Shown piece by piece: positions 49,219 to 62,194 of a stretch of 64,000 nucleotides of DNA; positions within the stretch are counted from its first letter, which is position 1, and each line of letters opens with the position of its first letter. The stretch covers positions 736,001-800,000 of the forward strand of contig CAWIYV010000011.1 of NCBI GenBank assembly GCA_963840455.1, given 5' to 3'. The DNA is from Nitrospirota bacterium (GTDB taxonomy: Bacteria; Nitrospirota; UBA9217). The notes under the pieces were generated by a model. It searched no databases, was not told where the DNA came from, and saw only the letters and a list, made by a program, of their open reading frames with translations. A program made the translations under genes and the position numbers.

Positions 49219-50181
49219 ATGGATAATCGTATCCTTACGCTCGAAGATCTTTATAAGACCTTTCCCGTGAAGGCCGGCCCGGGAAAGACCGTGCACGCGC
49301 GCGCGGTAGACGGGGTGAGCCTGACGGTGTCACGCGGAGAAGTCGTTGGCCTCGTCGGAGAGAGCGGCTGCGGCAAGTCGACACTCGGACGGCTCGCTCT
49401 GGGGCTCCTGCCGCCCACAGCGGGAAGGGTGCTCTTCCGGGGCTGGGACCTTGGGAACGTGGGGAAGGATGAGCTGCGGGCACTGCGCAAGGAGATGCAG
49501 ATCATCTTCCAGGATCCGTTTGCATCGCTGAACCCCCGTATGCGGGTCCGTGACATTGTGACCGAGCCCCTGGTGATCCACAAGCTCGCCGGGAAACAGG
49601 AACTGGACAGCCGCGGCTCGGCGCTCCTCGAAAAGGTCGGCTTGGGTGCCGACGCATTGATGCGCTATCCCCACGAGTTCTCCGGCGGCCAGCGCCAGCG
49701 GATCGGCATTGCGCGGGCGCTCGCGAGCGACCCGTCCTTCATCGTTGCCGACGAGCCGGTCTCGGCGCTCGACGTTTCGGTCCAGGCCCAGATCATCAAT
49801 CTCCTGGGCGACCTGCAGCAGGACATGGGCCTTTCGTTCCTCTTCATCGCCCATGATCTGAACGTGGTGCGCCATTTCTCCGACCGGGTGGCTGTCATGT
49901 ACCTCGGGAAGGTCGTCGAGACCGCCCCTGCCGATGAGATCTACAGCAACCCCTCCCACCCTTACACCGAGGCACTGCTCGCGGACATCCCGGTACCGGA
50001 CCCGGCCGCAAAAAAGAAGCACATCCTGCTGAAGGGCGACATCCCGAGCCCAACGCAGGTCCCGCCCGGCTGCCGCTTCCACACGCGCTGCATCCACCGG
50101 TTCGAGCCCTGCGACAAGGTCGTACCAAAGACCACGGACCTCGGGAGCGGCCACTTCGTAGATTGTCACCTTAGAGGTTAA
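49219..50181 (+). CDS. Oligopeptide/dipeptide ABC transporter ATPase (OppF/DppF)
   Basis: GESGCGKST, YPHEFSGGQRQR, GCRFHTRC. Confidence 0.93.
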   Translation: MDNRILTLEDLYKTFPVKAGPGKTVHARAVDGVSLTVSRGEVVGLVGESGCGKSTLGRLALGLLPPTAGRVLFRGWDLGNVGKDELRALRKEMQIIFQDPFASLNPRMRVRDIVTEPLVIHKLAGKQELDSRGSALLEKVGLGADALMRYPHEFSGGQRQRIGIARALASDPSFIVADEPVSALDVSVQAQIINLLGDLQQDMGLSFLFIAHDLNVVRHFSDRVAVMYLGKVVETAPADEIYSNPSHPYTEALLADIPVPDPAAKKKHILLKGDIPSPTQVPPGCRFHTRCIHRFEPCDKVVPKTTDLGSGHFVDCHLRG

Positions 50182-50310
50182 GCAGCGTTCTCCTGACCCC
50201 GCCCGCAGCACCTTCATACATGCTTTAGAACCCTGTTCTTTTGCATTTCTTCCAAAGATAAGCCTTGATTCTCACTCTTGCAAACCGCTTCCAAAGGGTA
50301 TTATTCAGAA

Positions 50311-50344
50311 TATCAGACACTTACATTTTGGCATAAGGTCTGCA
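50311..50344 (+). promoter_or_regulatory. Sigma54 (-24/-12) promoter with adjacent IHF-like site
   Basis: TGGCAT-AAGGT-CTGCA at 50329-50344; TATCAGacacTTA at 50311-50323. Confidence 0.7.
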
Positions 50345-50385
50345 ATATATAGGGCAGAAGCGAACGAAAAAAGGAGGCAACGAAC

Positions 50386-50703
50386 ATGAAGAACTCAATC
50401 GCAAAAAAAGGTGCTTACATTGGAGCAGGAGCAGGACTGGTGCTCTTCGCCATCTTCGGACTTCTCCCGGGCAGCCTTCTGGGCGGCGCCATGGGCATCA
50501 ATATCGCCGGCTGGATGTTCGGACTTCCGCTCGAGCCGGGCCTCATCTCCCGGGCCATCGTGCTGGTGTCCATGCTGGTGGGCGTGCTGGTCTCGGGCAT
50601 CGTGATCGTGACAGCGACCACCACGGTGGGCTGGCTGGCAGGCAGGCTGCTTGAGGGTTCGGCAGCGCGGGAAGACCAGAAGGAAGCGGCGGCGCATAAG
50701 TAA
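50386..50703 (+). CDS. Glycine-rich small membrane protein
   Basis: RBS AAGGAGG; GxxxG-rich hydrophobic helices. Confidence 0.8.
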   Translation: MKNSIAKKGAYIGAGAGLVLFAIFGLLPGSLLGGAMGINIAGWMFGLPLEPGLISRAIVLVSMLVGVLVSGIVIVTATTTVGWLAGRLLEGSAAREDQKEAAAHK

Positions 50704-50783
50704 AAGTCAGGGGTCAGAGGAAAGACAACAGCAAACAAGAAGCGAGAATGATACTATAAAACCTTAGAAAAGGAGATACGGCA

Positions 50784-51098
50784 ATGAAGAACGAAACAGT
50801 AAAGACGGGCATGAAGATCGGAGCGGTGGTTGGCGGCATTCTGTTCCTGGTATTCGGGGTGATGGCGGGCTTCTACTTCGGGAGCTACGGGACCCTGTTC
50901 ATCCTGCAGAAGCTGATGGGCGGGACGGTTGAGCCGACCCTCTTCGTGCGGGCGGCCATCGTGGTCGGCATCGGCGTCGGGATCGCGGCTTCGGCCACGG
51001 TGCACATCATCACGGGCGGCCTGATCGGGACAGCGCTGGGATTCGTGGTATCGGCCCCGAAGGTGATGAAGGAAGCGAAGGCTGCGGCGAAGGCGTAA
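50784..51098 (+). CDS. Glycine-rich small membrane protein (paralog of upstream gene)
   Basis: RBS AAGGAG; shares G.G...LF..FG...G...G and EP....RAxxV pattern; start moved from 50754 frame context to ATG 50784. Confidence 0.8.
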   Translation: MKNETVKTGMKIGAVVGGILFLVFGVMAGFYFGSYGTLFILQKLMGGTVEPTLFVRAAIVVGIGVGIAASATVHIITGGLIGTALGFVVSAPKVMKEAKAAAKA

Positions 51099-51125
51099 TA
51101 CGATCAGAAGTCAGGAGAAAAGCGA

Positions 51126-51162
51126 AGGCGGCGGGGATCATCCCCGCCGCCTTTTAATTTTT
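51126..51162 (+). terminator. Rho-independent terminator
   Basis: aaggcggcgggga-tca-tccccgccgcctt followed by T-run. Confidence 0.85.
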
Positions 51163-51189
51163 CCTTATGCATCAAACCCGTGAGCCCAG

Positions 51190-51295
51190 AAGCAATCGCT
51201 GACCCCGTAGCTTGCTGAGTGGTTAGGGAGCAATTAGGATGACATTACTGACTCGAAGATCGAGGCGCCCTGCAGCCTTCTGCGGGCACTTTAAT
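51190..51295. repeat. Repeat family B degenerate copy
   Basis: ccccgtagcttgctg...ttag...gatcgag...ccctgcagcc.tctgcggg...ttaat. Confidence 0.6.
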
Positions 51296-51343
51296 TGGTT
51301 CGAGCAAGAAACTCCGTCTACCCGGCAATTGCACGGTCGCGTG

Positions 51344-52222
51344 TCAGCTCCCTGCCGGGCCGGTCTTGGGACCGGGCCGTGTCTCCGAAGCTTTGCCCTG
51401 CCGCTTCTTGCCTGATTTTTTCTTTTTCTCGTGTGAGGCCACGGTCCCCAGCTTCCAGGTATAAACCCTGCCGCAGGAGTTACAGGAGGCCCCGGCCAGC
51501 GACTCGCCGCAGTCCGGGCAGTATATGATGTAATGCTGCGAGAGCAGCTTGTCATGGTCGTCGAGCACCGTGCTTTTGCCGCAGCACTTGAACTCCTTCG
51601 TAAGGTCCCCGCCGCAAATGCAGCGACGGTCGAGGGGCCAGGGGAACATCTCTTCGAGCGTATAGATCGCCCGGGCAAGGAGGTCCATAAGATCATCCTC
51701 CGGGGCGTCGCCGAAGAACGACTCTGTCAGCTTTTCCCTGATATCGATCATCATGGGATCTTCCTTCAGGAACCGCATGAACTTCAGAATGCGCTCCTCG
51801 CCGTTCCCGAGCCGCGAAAGCGAACGCAGGTTCTTGTTCGCCTTGTAATGCTCCTGCAGGTACAGGAGCGTCCAGATCTGCGCCATGTCGTAGAAGTACT
51901 CGAGGAGGGGGTAGTAACCGTACTTCTCCCGGATGCTTGCCTCCACGGCGCCGCGGTCGTCCGGAATGCGGGGAAAGACCGCAACCAGAAAGCCCTCTTC
52001 GAAATCCTCATAGAAAAAGGGCGTGTCGGAGAAATTGCGAAAACCGCAGTTGGGACACTGGACGATATTGAACTCCCAGCGGAGAAGCTGCCGCTTCACC
52101 TGCGGGGTGCGCGAGACGTCGACCCAGGTAACGACCCTCGCCGGGAAATCACGGTTGCAGGCCCCGCAGTGGAATGCCTCCTGGCTGTACGCTTCCGCCT
52201 GGCTGATGCTGATGTTTTGCAT
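51344..52222 (-). CDS. CpXC-domain protein with extra C-terminal Cys clusters
   Basis: CGAC...CPNCG...FFYED N-terminus; CICG...CCG, CPDC, CNSC. Confidence 0.7.
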   Translation of the reverse strand: MQNISISQAEAYSQEAFHCGACNRDFPARVVTWVDVSRTPQVKRQLLRWEFNIVQCPNCGFRNFSDTPFFYEDFEEGFLVAVFPRIPDDRGAVEASIREKYGYYPLLEYFYDMAQIWTLLYLQEHYKANKNLRSLSRLGNGEERILKFMRFLKEDPMMIDIREKLTESFFGDAPEDDLMDLLARAIYTLEEMFPWPLDRRCICGGDLTKEFKCCGKSTVLDDHDKLLSQHYIIYCPDCGESLAGASCNSCGRVYTWKLGTVASHEKKKKSGKKRQGKASETRPGPKTGPAGS

Positions 52223-52355
52223 GGCTTTATTATACACCACATTCCCAAAAACTCACTTTGAAAAGTAGCCGGTATTTGTGGTAGAATGCCGCGCCAACCG
52301 TGAATGGTATCGCATCTTTTTGCAGAACGATCTTATTTTGACCACGAGGTACCGC

Positions 52356-54629
<2,274 letters not shown>

Positions 54630-54648
54630 GACAACGCCGCCATGGACA

Positions 54649-54885
54649 CACAGAGGCACAGAGAACGGCAAAGCTTCTCTCTCGCAATGGCCAAAAGCGG
54701 GCCGCACTGAGCCGAAAAGTGCGCAACGTGATTCAGACGTACTGCTGGTCATTGGACGATGGCGGATGTCTCTCCGCTCCGGTCACGCACGCCGTTCTCC
54801 GCGAGATTTACGTCTGGGCGAAATAGTCTGTTGAAGTAATTTCTCCGTGCTCTCTGCCTGTGGCCTGAGGCCATGCCTCTGTGGC
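54649..54885. repeat. Palindromic repeat family A copy
   Basis: cacagaggcacagagaac ... ttctccgtgctctctg...tgcctctgtggc. Confidence 0.65.
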
Positions 54886-54904
54886 AGAATAGCTTCTACC
54901 CTTT

Positions 54905-55324
54905 ATGAGATCCTTCCGCAAAGAGCTCTGGTTGAACGTCCCGACCCGCAGGGCATTCATCAATATCACGCCCCAGGTCAACGACTGCCTCCAGGAGAGC
55001 GGCATCCGGGAGGGTATGGCGCTCGTGAACGCCATGCACATCACGGCGTCGGTCTTCATCAACGACGACGAGCCGGGGCTCCACCGTGATTACGAGGCCT
55101 GGCTCGAGAAGCTTGCGCCCCACGAGCCGGTAGCGCAGTACCAACACAACCGGACCGGCGAGGACAACGGTGACGCGCATCTGAAGCGCCAGGTCATGGG
55201 CCGAGAGGCGGTGGTCGCCATCACGAACGGCAAGCTCGACTTCGGCCCCTGGGAGCAAATCTTCTATGGCGAGTTCGACGGCGGCAGAAGAAAGCGCGTG
55301 CTCATAAAAATTATCGGAGAGTAA
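54905..55324 (+). CDS. YjbQ/UPF0047 family protein
   Basis: [28 protein letters not shown]. Confidence 0.93.
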   Translation: MRSFRKELWLNVPTRRAFINITPQVNDCLQESGIREGMALVNAMHITASVFINDDEPGLHRDYEAWLEKLAPHEPVAQYQHNRTGEDNGDAHLKRQVMGREAVVAITNGKLDFGPWEQIFYGEFDGGRRKRVLIKIIGE

Positions 55325-55476
55325 TGACCCGCTCTCGAGCTGCTGGGGGTAATTGACGTCAACCAGCAAAATATCAAGCTTTATCAGTAAGTTATCGGTG
55401 TTCCGTTTTGAGCATATCACCGCTTGCATTCAAGCATGCTTTCTGGTACAATTAAATTGTTTAAAACAAAATATTT

Positions 55477-56652
55477 ATGTCTAACCGTAATCAACATACC
55501 GACCATCAACAGCTATCAAGGAGCGAAAAGGAGGACCTCCTGCTTCGGCTTGCGCTGACGGAGCGGAAGCTTTCGCTGGCCATGCAGAAGCTCGAGGCGC
55601 GGAACCTGGAGCTGTCGACGATACAGCGTCTTGCTGAAACCATCGGCAACGAGCGGCAGATCAACCGTCTCTGCCAGAAAACTGCTGAGGAGATCTCCCG
55701 CAGCCTGGGAGCCGCGGCGGTAACCATCCTGCTCCGCGACGAGGTGACCGGCGATTTGGTCACGATGGCTTCCAGCGACGATCTGACGATCGGCGGCCAA
55801 CACCCCCATGTGAAGGCCGGGGACGGGCTGCTGTGGCAGGTCATGAAGACCGGCAAACCGCTCCAACTCCCCGGCGCGGCCGCAGCGCAGCAATTCGCCG
55901 GCAGGCAGATCGCCCAGTCAGGGATCGCGGTGCCTATCAGGACCAAGCAAAAGACGCTTGGTGTGATCTATGCCTGCGGCCCGATAAAAGGGCGGGAGTT
56001 TTCGGCCAGGGACCAGGCCTCGCTCCTCGGAATCGCCAGCCAGGCGGCCGTCGCCCTCGACAACGCAGCACTCTTTCATGATCTCGAGAACCTCTTCGTC
56101 GGGATCGCCTGGTCCTTCGCGTCGGCACTGGACGCCAAGTCCCCCTGGACCGCCGGCCACTCCAAGCGCGTGACCCAGTTCTCCGTGGCGATCGCTGAAG
56201 AGCTCGGCCAGGACACCGAGTTCCTCAATTTGATCCAGACCTGCGGGCTCCTGCACGACATCGGCAAGATCGGCATCTCGGAAAAGCTCCTCAACAAGAA
56301 GGGCGCCATCACCCGTCAGGAGCGCAGGGCCATCGCGCAGCATGCCGAGCACGGCGCGAAGATCCTCGAACACATCGACGCCTTCCAGCCCCTTCTCCCC
56401 GGTATCCGGCATCATCACGAGCGGTGGGACGGCAGCGGGTTCCCTGACCGGCTGATGGAAGAGGACATACCCCTGATGGCGCGGATGCTCGCGGTCGCCG
56501 ACGCCTATGATGCAATGACATCCGACCGCCCCTACCGCGCGAGGCTGACCCGGGCCGATGCCATCGCGGAGATCGATCGGTGTTCCGGCTCCCAGTTCGA
56601 CCCGCAGATCGTCGAGGCCTTCATCGAGGTCACCAGCCATAGGATGTTCTGA
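55477..56652 (+). CDS. GAF + HD-GYP domain phosphodiesterase
   Basis: GHSKRV, LHDIGK, HHERWDGSGFP, VADAYDAMTSDRPYR. Confidence 0.93.
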   Translation: MSNRNQHTDHQQLSRSEKEDLLLRLALTERKLSLAMQKLEARNLELSTIQRLAETIGNERQINRLCQKTAEEISRSLGAAAVTILLRDEVTGDLVTMASSDDLTIGGQHPHVKAGDGLLWQVMKTGKPLQLPGAAAAQQFAGRQIAQSGIAVPIRTKQKTLGVIYACGPIKGREFSARDQASLLGIASQAAVALDNAALFHDLENLFVGIAWSFASALDAKSPWTAGHSKRVTQFSVAIAEELGQDTEFLNLIQTCGLLHDIGKIGISEKLLNKKGAITRQERRAIAQHAEHGAKILEHIDAFQPLLPGIRHHHERWDGSGFPDRLMEEDIPLMARMLAVADAYDAMTSDRPYRARLTRADAIAEIDRCSGSQFDPQIVEAFIEVTSHRMF

Positions 56653-56702
56653 TCACCTTTCAGCGATTTCGCGATCCCCGCAAGCAGATCCCGGAGCACA
56701 TC

Positions 56703-57518
56703 ATGAGGGAACATACCCACCCGATGCAGCCGCAGGACCTTGACCTCACCGGCGGAAGGGTCCATTTCTGGAAGGGAGGGAACGGACCCGGCCTGCTGTT
56801 GCTGCATGCCGCATGGGGGGATGCAGAGATGTCCTGGAGCCGCGTCTGGGAACCGCTCAGCCACACCTTTACGGTCATTGCACCCGACCTCCCCGGGTTC
56901 GGCCGATCCGCTGGCCTCGCCCGCCCATCGCTGTCGGCCATGGCAACAACGCTCAAGCAACTTCTGGACTCATTGCACATGGACCGCGTCATGGTCGTGG
57001 GAAATTCCTTCGGCGCAGGGGTGGCCATCCAGCTTGCCAGCGAGCATCCGAAAGCGACTGCTCGGGTCGTAATCGTGAACGGCGGATACATGCCGGTCAT
57101 TCCCGATATCATCCGGAAGCTCATTTCCCTGCCGGTCCTGAACGCAGGATTTCGATCGCTCATCCGCAAGCTCACCTATTCAGCGTCTGCACTGAACAGG
57201 TCATTTGTGGACCCTTCCAAACTGCCTCCTCGTTTTTTCGAGAATATACAGCGCCACGCCCTTGCCTATTCCCGGATATCCTTTGACACCATCATGAATA
57301 TGGCGGGGCCGTTGGCGAGGCCGGCTGCTCCGGTACTCCTCCTGTGGGGTGCTCAGGACGGGCTGGCGACCCTGAAACAGGCACAGGCGATCCAAAAGAC
57401 GATGCCGGGCGCGGAGCTTATCGCCATCGAGGGCGCGGGCCATATGCCCCAAATGGAGCGGCCTGATGAATTCATAGCTGTGATCAAGAACGTCCGGAAC
57501 AATCGGCGAGATGGTTGA
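56703..57518 (+). CDS. Alpha/beta hydrolase
   Basis: APDLPGFGRS, GNSFG nucleophile elbow, WGAQD, GAGHMP. Confidence 0.9.
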   Translation: MREHTHPMQPQDLDLTGGRVHFWKGGNGPGLLLLHAAWGDAEMSWSRVWEPLSHTFTVIAPDLPGFGRSAGLARPSLSAMATTLKQLLDSLHMDRVMVVGNSFGAGVAIQLASEHPKATARVVIVNGGYMPVIPDIIRKLISLPVLNAGFRSLIRKLTYSASALNRSFVDPSKLPPRFFENIQRHALAYSRISFDTIMNMAGPLARPAAPVLLLWGAQDGLATLKQAQAIQKTMPGAELIAIEGAGHMPQMERPDEFIAVIKNVRNNRRDG

Positions 57519-57787
57519 GCAGCTGTTACGTAAGACGAATATGAGCGAGAACGGAGCAAGGAAGGACCTGGCGAAAAAGCACACCGGGTGGTAGCCGCTC
57601 TTCAAAATAATTGCGCTCTGTTTATTGACCGCAGACATTAGCCTGCGAAGACCCGAGCATCGCGATGCCGGGCGGCAGCGTTCCTTCATCCCTGGTCTTC
57701 CCCGTGCGAGGGAGGAGGACCGGGCGGTCATCTCCCTGAATCAGCCGTTATGCGTTATGAAGGACGCTCTTAAAGCCCCGTGACCGC

Positions 57788-57973
57788 TCATGCGGCGCGC
57801 GGGATGCGTTCCTTCCTGCTCCAGGGGAACTTGAGCAACAGGAAATCGTCGTGCGAGCTTTCCTGTTCTATGCGGTCGAACATTTCGCGAAACTCGCGGT
57901 ATGCCAGAAAAAGGCTCAACCGCCTGCTTTCATCGCCGTTGCGATAGTCGTTCAGGATCTGTTCGATGTCCAT
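57788..57973 (-). CDS. Small hypothetical protein (61 aa)
   Basis: RBS AAGGAGG before MDIEQILNDYRNGDESRRLSLFLAYRE. Confidence 0.65.
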   Translation of the reverse strand: MDIEQILNDYRNGDESRRLSLFLAYREFREMFDRIEQESSHDDFLLLKFPWSRKERIPRAA

Positions 57974-58048
57974 GGCAACCTCCTTGTCGATGGAATAGAG
58001 CATATCAGGGTGTGCAATAACCAACATCATCGGGCCGGCCTTCTGGCG

Positions 58049-58165
58049 ATTGAAGCTCCCTGCATCAAGCTGCAGGGAATCTTCGATCCTCAAGGTAGTA
58101 CTATTTATTCTAATCGCTCGCTAACCCCGCAGCAAGCTACGGGGAATGCGCTCGCTCCTGGATTC
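58049..58165. repeat. Repeat family B full-length copy (opposite orientation to 45209)
   Basis: attgaagctccctgcatcaagctgcagggaatcttcgatcc...ccccgcagcaagctacggggaatgcgctcgctcctggattc. Confidence 0.85.
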
Positions 58166-58355
58166 GCGTTTGTCGACCGCCTCATCTGCCGCGTTGTTGT
58201 CTTTGCCGCTGTTTCGCGGTGTTGAAGAAGCGACACAATGAGGTTTTATTGACACAGAGCGCATACGGTCGAGCTGATAAAAAAAACGCACTATTGCTGC
58301 ATTTGACCTCAGTTCTCGCGCAGCATGCAAATATAAATGCATTTATTGTGCCCCG

Positions 58356-58419
58356 ATTGAGGCTCCCCGCAGCAAGCTGCAGGGAGGTATGTTCTCCTCA
58401 TCGCTCGCTCCTGGATTCA
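58356..58419. repeat. Repeat family B internally deleted copy
   Basis: attgaggctccccgcagcaagctgcaggga...cgctcgctcctggattca. Confidence 0.75.
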
Positions 58420-58610
58420 GAGCGTGTTCCGTGGGGAAAAAGGGATACTGCTCTCGGTCTGAAGGAATGCAAGGAATGCCTGGTAGAGGCTGGCAACCCG
58501 GAGGCGGGACAAGCGATCCGGAAAATGATCCGGACGCGGAGCATATCACCATCGACAAAACAGGGCATATGCCCTGGTCACAACCAACCTCAGAAGCGGT
58601 CAGCCTCGTC

Positions 58611-59000
58611 CTAGAAATAGAGCATACCGTCGCACTCAAGCGCGTAATGGATAAGATGGATCCCGCCCAATATCTCGGTCCCCTCGAGCAGGTCCTCTTT
58701 CTTCAAGTTCCTGTTGACCGCCACCTGCTGGCAGAGCTGGAACTTGACCCCCACGGCGAGCGCGTCGGCGAGGCGCTGTTCGAACGTAGCGATGCCGGGC
58801 GGGAGCGTTCCTTCTTCCCGGATCTTTCCCTTGATGACCGCGTCTGCCCCGTCCTGGACGCAGTAGACGACCGCATCGCAGCCGGAACACTGGGCAATGG
58901 TGGCGAACATGATCGCCGACTTTACCTTGCCGATGTCCCTGACCCCTGATGAAAGCTGCACGGCGAACTTCTTTCGTTCCTTTTTCACCGATTCGTCCAT
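58611..59000 (-). CDS. DsrE/DsrF-like family protein
   Basis: ~129 aa, QDGA, LADALAVGVKFQLCQQ pattern. Confidence 0.75.
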   Translation of the reverse strand: MDESVKKERKKFAVQLSSGVRDIGKVKSAIMFATIAQCSGCDAVVYCVQDGADAVIKGKIREEGTLPPGIATFEQRLADALAVGVKFQLCQQVAVNRNLKKEDLLEGTEILGGIHLIHYALECDGMLYF

Positions 59001-59091
59001 GAATATCTCCCCTCGCTTATTTCGTCCGGTTATACATTGAGACGTCCTTGATTTCATCCCGACCGGCGATGACCGCAACCAATCGATCAAC

Positions 59092-59117
59092 AAAAAGCGC
59101 TCTCCTGCTGAGAGCGC
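59092..59117 (-). terminator. Terminator after ftsH
   Basis: gcgctctc-ctgct-gagagcgc with A5 run. Confidence 0.65.
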
Positions 59118-59151
59118 CTCTCGTGACGTACGATGATCAAGGGCCGGGGAT

Positions 59152-60966
59152 CTACACTTCTTTCTTCTTCTCCGGCAGCCCCAGTACCTTCCGGATCTCC
59201 TCGCCTTCCAGCGTTTCCTTCTCCAGCAGCACCTTCGCCAGCGTCCTGAGCCGTTCCTGGTTCTGCGACAGCATGTCCTTGACCTTCGCGTAGGACCCGT
59301 CGATCAGCTTCCTTACCTCCTGGTCGATCTCGCGCGCTGTGTCCTCGCTGTAGGCTTTGGGGCCGTTGGGAAGGCCGATGTCAAGGAACATGGGCCGCCG
59401 CTCCTTCTCGAAGGTGAGCGGTCCGAACTTCTCGGTCATCCCGTACTCGGTCACCATGCTGCGGGCAATGCCGGCAGCGCGCTGCAGGTCGTTCTGCGCT
59501 CCTGTGGAGACCTCGCCAAAGACGATCTCCTCCGCAACGCGGCCGCCGAGCATGACGCACAGCTTGTCGAGCAGTTCCGTCCGGGTCATGAGATACCGGT
59601 CCTCGGTCGGGAGCTGGAGCGTGTAGCCCAGGGCAGCGATGCCACGTTGGACGATGGACACGCGGTGCACCGGGTCCGTGGTCGGCAGGAGCTCCGCGAC
59701 GATCGTGTGACCGCACTCATGGTAGGCCACAATATCCTTCTCCTTCTGGTTCATGACGCGCCGCTTCTTCTCAAGGCCCGCGATGAGACGGTCGATGGCG
59801 GCCTCGAAGTCCGTCATTTCCACTTCGGTCTTGTTCTTGCGCGCCGCGAGAAGCGCCGCCTCGTTCACCATGTTGGCCAGGTCCGCGCCCACGAACCCCG
59901 GCGTGCGCGCGGCGATCACCTTCAGGTCTACGTCCTTGGAGAGCTTCACGCCCCGCACATGGATCTGGAGAATGTCCTCGCGGTCCTTGATGTTCGGACG
60001 GTCCACGAGGACGTGGCGGTCAAAGCGGCCCGCGCGCAGCAGCGCCGGGTCCAGGATCTCCGGCCGGTTCGTGGCAGCCATGATGATGACGCCCTTCCGC
60101 GGGTCGAAACCGTCCATCTCGGCGAGCAGCTGGTTCAGGGTCTGCTCACGCTCCTCGTGCCCGCCGGCCATGCCGGCGCCCCGGGCGCGGCCCAGCGCGT
60201 CGAGCTCGTCAATGAAGATGATGCACGGCGCTCTCTGGATCGCCTGCTTGAACAGGTCACGCACGCGCGACGCACCCACGCCGACGAACATCTCGACGAA
60301 CTCGGAGCCGCTCATGGAAAAGAACGGGACCTTTGCCTCACCGGCCACAGCCCGCGCCAGCAGTGTCTTGCCGGTCCCGGGAGGGCCCACAAGCATGACG
60401 CCTTTCGGGATGCGGCCGCCGAGCCGGGTGAACTTGTCCGGGCGCTTGAGAAACTCAACGACCTCGATCAACTCCTCCTTCGCCTCCTCCACGCCGGCGA
60501 CGTCGTTGAACGTGACCTTCACATCGCTTTCGCCGTAGATCTTGGCCCTCGACTTTCCGAAGCTCATGATGGTCTCGCCGGGCCCGCCGCCGCCCATCCT
60601 CTTGAACACGAACGTCCAGATCACGACCAGGACAACGAGCGGCAGGATCCAGGCGAGCAGGAAGTCCTTGAACCAGTTCTCGCTGATCCGGCCCTCGTAG
60701 GTGACCCCGCTCGCCTCGAGGTTCTTGATCAGCTCGGGGTCCTCGATCCGCACGACAACAAAGGGCTTGTCCTTATCCCCCTCTTTGACGGTGCCACGGA
60801 CCTGGTCGTTCGTGATGACGATGTCCTTCACCTGTTTCTGGGCGAGCAGCTGCTTGAACCTGCTGTACTTGATCTCCTCGGCAGGCGGTGCCGAGAACAG
60901 GCGGAACACGCTTATAACGACAAGGAACATGAGGAAGTAGAAGAGGAATTGCTGGCCTTTTTTCAT
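59152..60966 (-). CDS. ftsH: ATP-dependent zinc metalloprotease FtsH
   Basis: 2 TMs, [23 protein letters not shown]. Confidence 0.97.
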   Translation of the reverse strand: MKKGQQFLFYFLMFLVVISVFRLFSAPPAEEIKYSRFKQLLAQKQVKDIVITNDQVRGTVKEGDKDKPFVVVRIEDPELIKNLEASGVTYEGRISENWFKDFLLAWILPLVVLVVIWTFVFKRMGGGGPGETIMSFGKSRAKIYGESDVKVTFNDVAGVEEAKEELIEVVEFLKRPDKFTRLGGRIPKGVMLVGPPGTGKTLLARAVAGEAKVPFFSMSGSEFVEMFVGVGASRVRDLFKQAIQRAPCIIFIDELDALGRARGAGMAGGHEEREQTLNQLLAEMDGFDPRKGVIIMAATNRPEILDPALLRAGRFDRHVLVDRPNIKDREDILQIHVRGVKLSKDVDLKVIAARTPGFVGADLANMVNEAALLAARKNKTEVEMTDFEAAIDRLIAGLEKKRRVMNQKEKDIVAYHECGHTIVAELLPTTDPVHRVSIVQRGIAALGYTLQLPTEDRYLMTRTELLDKLCVMLGGRVAEEIVFGEVSTGAQNDLQRAAGIARSMVTEYGMTEKFGPLTFEKERRPMFLDIGLPNGPKAYSEDTAREIDQEVRKLIDGSYAKVKDMLSQNQERLRTLAKVLLEKETLEGEEIRKVLGLPEKKKEV

Positions 60967-60989
60967 TATCACACCTCAATGATTATTTT

Positions 60990-61090
60990 ACCGCAGAGGA
61001 CGCAGAGAACACCAAGGCCTTCAGAAGGTCAGAAGAGATATAATGCCTGTTTGCCAGTTCATTCCTTCTGCTTTCCTCTGCCTCCGCGGT
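60990..61090. repeat. Palindromic repeat family A copy
   Basis: ttttaccgcagaggacgcagag identical to the 7190 copy; ends cctccgcggt. Confidence 0.75.
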
Positions 61091-61103
61091 TGTAAAGGTC
61101 CTA

Positions 61104-61601
61104 TCAGAATCCATGGTACACGCCAATGCCGAAAGAAAAGCTCGGGCCCGCATAAGGCGACCAGAGGTGCAGCGCCTTCGCCGTAATGACGGGATAGACG
61201 TACTCGATCTCCCCCAGCGGGAGGACCTGCGGCGCCGCAACCTCCCCGACGACCGTGATCAACCGTCCGCGGTGATAGACCGCGCCGTCGAGGAACTGCT
61301 GCGTCACAATGAGGAAGCGGCCGCCGGTATCGTCCGTCCGTTCAGGCCTGCCCTCCCCGTCGAGGGTCATCTGAAGTACTTCGATGCGCGTCCCTTCCTT
61401 CAGGTTATTTGTGTCCACAATAACGCCGCCGATCATCAGCAGCTTCCCGGCATATTTGTCCGGGTCCTTCTGCAGAGCGGTGAACGGAACATTATTCTCA
61501 ACCTTCTCCAGAAGCTCCTTGGGAAAGGGCGGCGAGCATCCAGCAGTGGCACCGATCCCCAGGGCTGCAGCAACCGTAATGAGCGCTAGGTTCCATTTCA
61601 T
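61104..61601 (-). CDS. Slp family outer-membrane lipoprotein
   Basis: Lipobox TAGC; GGVI, GRFL, FLD, GR.ITVVG, YPV, LW. Confidence 0.88.
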   Translation of the reverse strand: MKWNLALITVAAALGIGATAGCSPPFPKELLEKVENNVPFTALQKDPDKYAGKLLMIGGVIVDTNNLKEGTRIEVLQMTLDGEGRPERTDDTGGRFLIVTQQFLDGAVYHRGRLITVVGEVAAPQVLPLGEIEYVYPVITAKALHLWSPYAGPSFSFGIGVYHGF

Positions 61602-62194
61602 AGGTTATTCTGTATATTACTATAGCACATGCTTCTATATATAATAACACGCGAAAGGACCGATTGCCACGAAGGACGCGGAGATCGCCTTGGGCAAGGA
61701 GGGAAGGGAAAAGGAGCGGGACAGGCTGGTATATGCGGGCCGGAACCGCGGGGTCATTTACCGGAATGCGCTCGCTCCTAAGATTCAAAGGGATGCAGGG
61801 GCTTTTGGATAAAGAAACAGCTTGAAGGACCTGCCTTCCCCCAACCCCGGGCAGCCCGGCTGCGACGACTGCGCGTATGCATGCCGGTACCCTAGCCCGA
61901 ACGAGAACAGACAAAAAAAAGCAGCGCGGCCGTAGGGGAAGCGCTGCCGGGAATGACAGACCGGGACAGGAACGAGCACCCACTTACTGCATGCCTAGCA
62001 CAGCGGAGCCACCGGGTTGCCCAAAAAAACAAATACCACCTGGTCCGCGAGAAATGTCCTCAAGCTTACCGGACCGACGTACGGTGGAGAAGGTCCTCTA
62101 TTCATATCCCGGACCTTTATTTCCTTCCGCCTTCCTCTGCATCCTCTGCAGTGACAGCGGCTCGGTCGTTTCGTTCCCGGCCCGCGGGGAACGA

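Noticed and set aside
61785-62105. Possible frameshifted ORF between the two slp genes (two poly-A runs)
   Set aside because: Translations show no recognisable protein or codon bias; region also holds repeat fragments.
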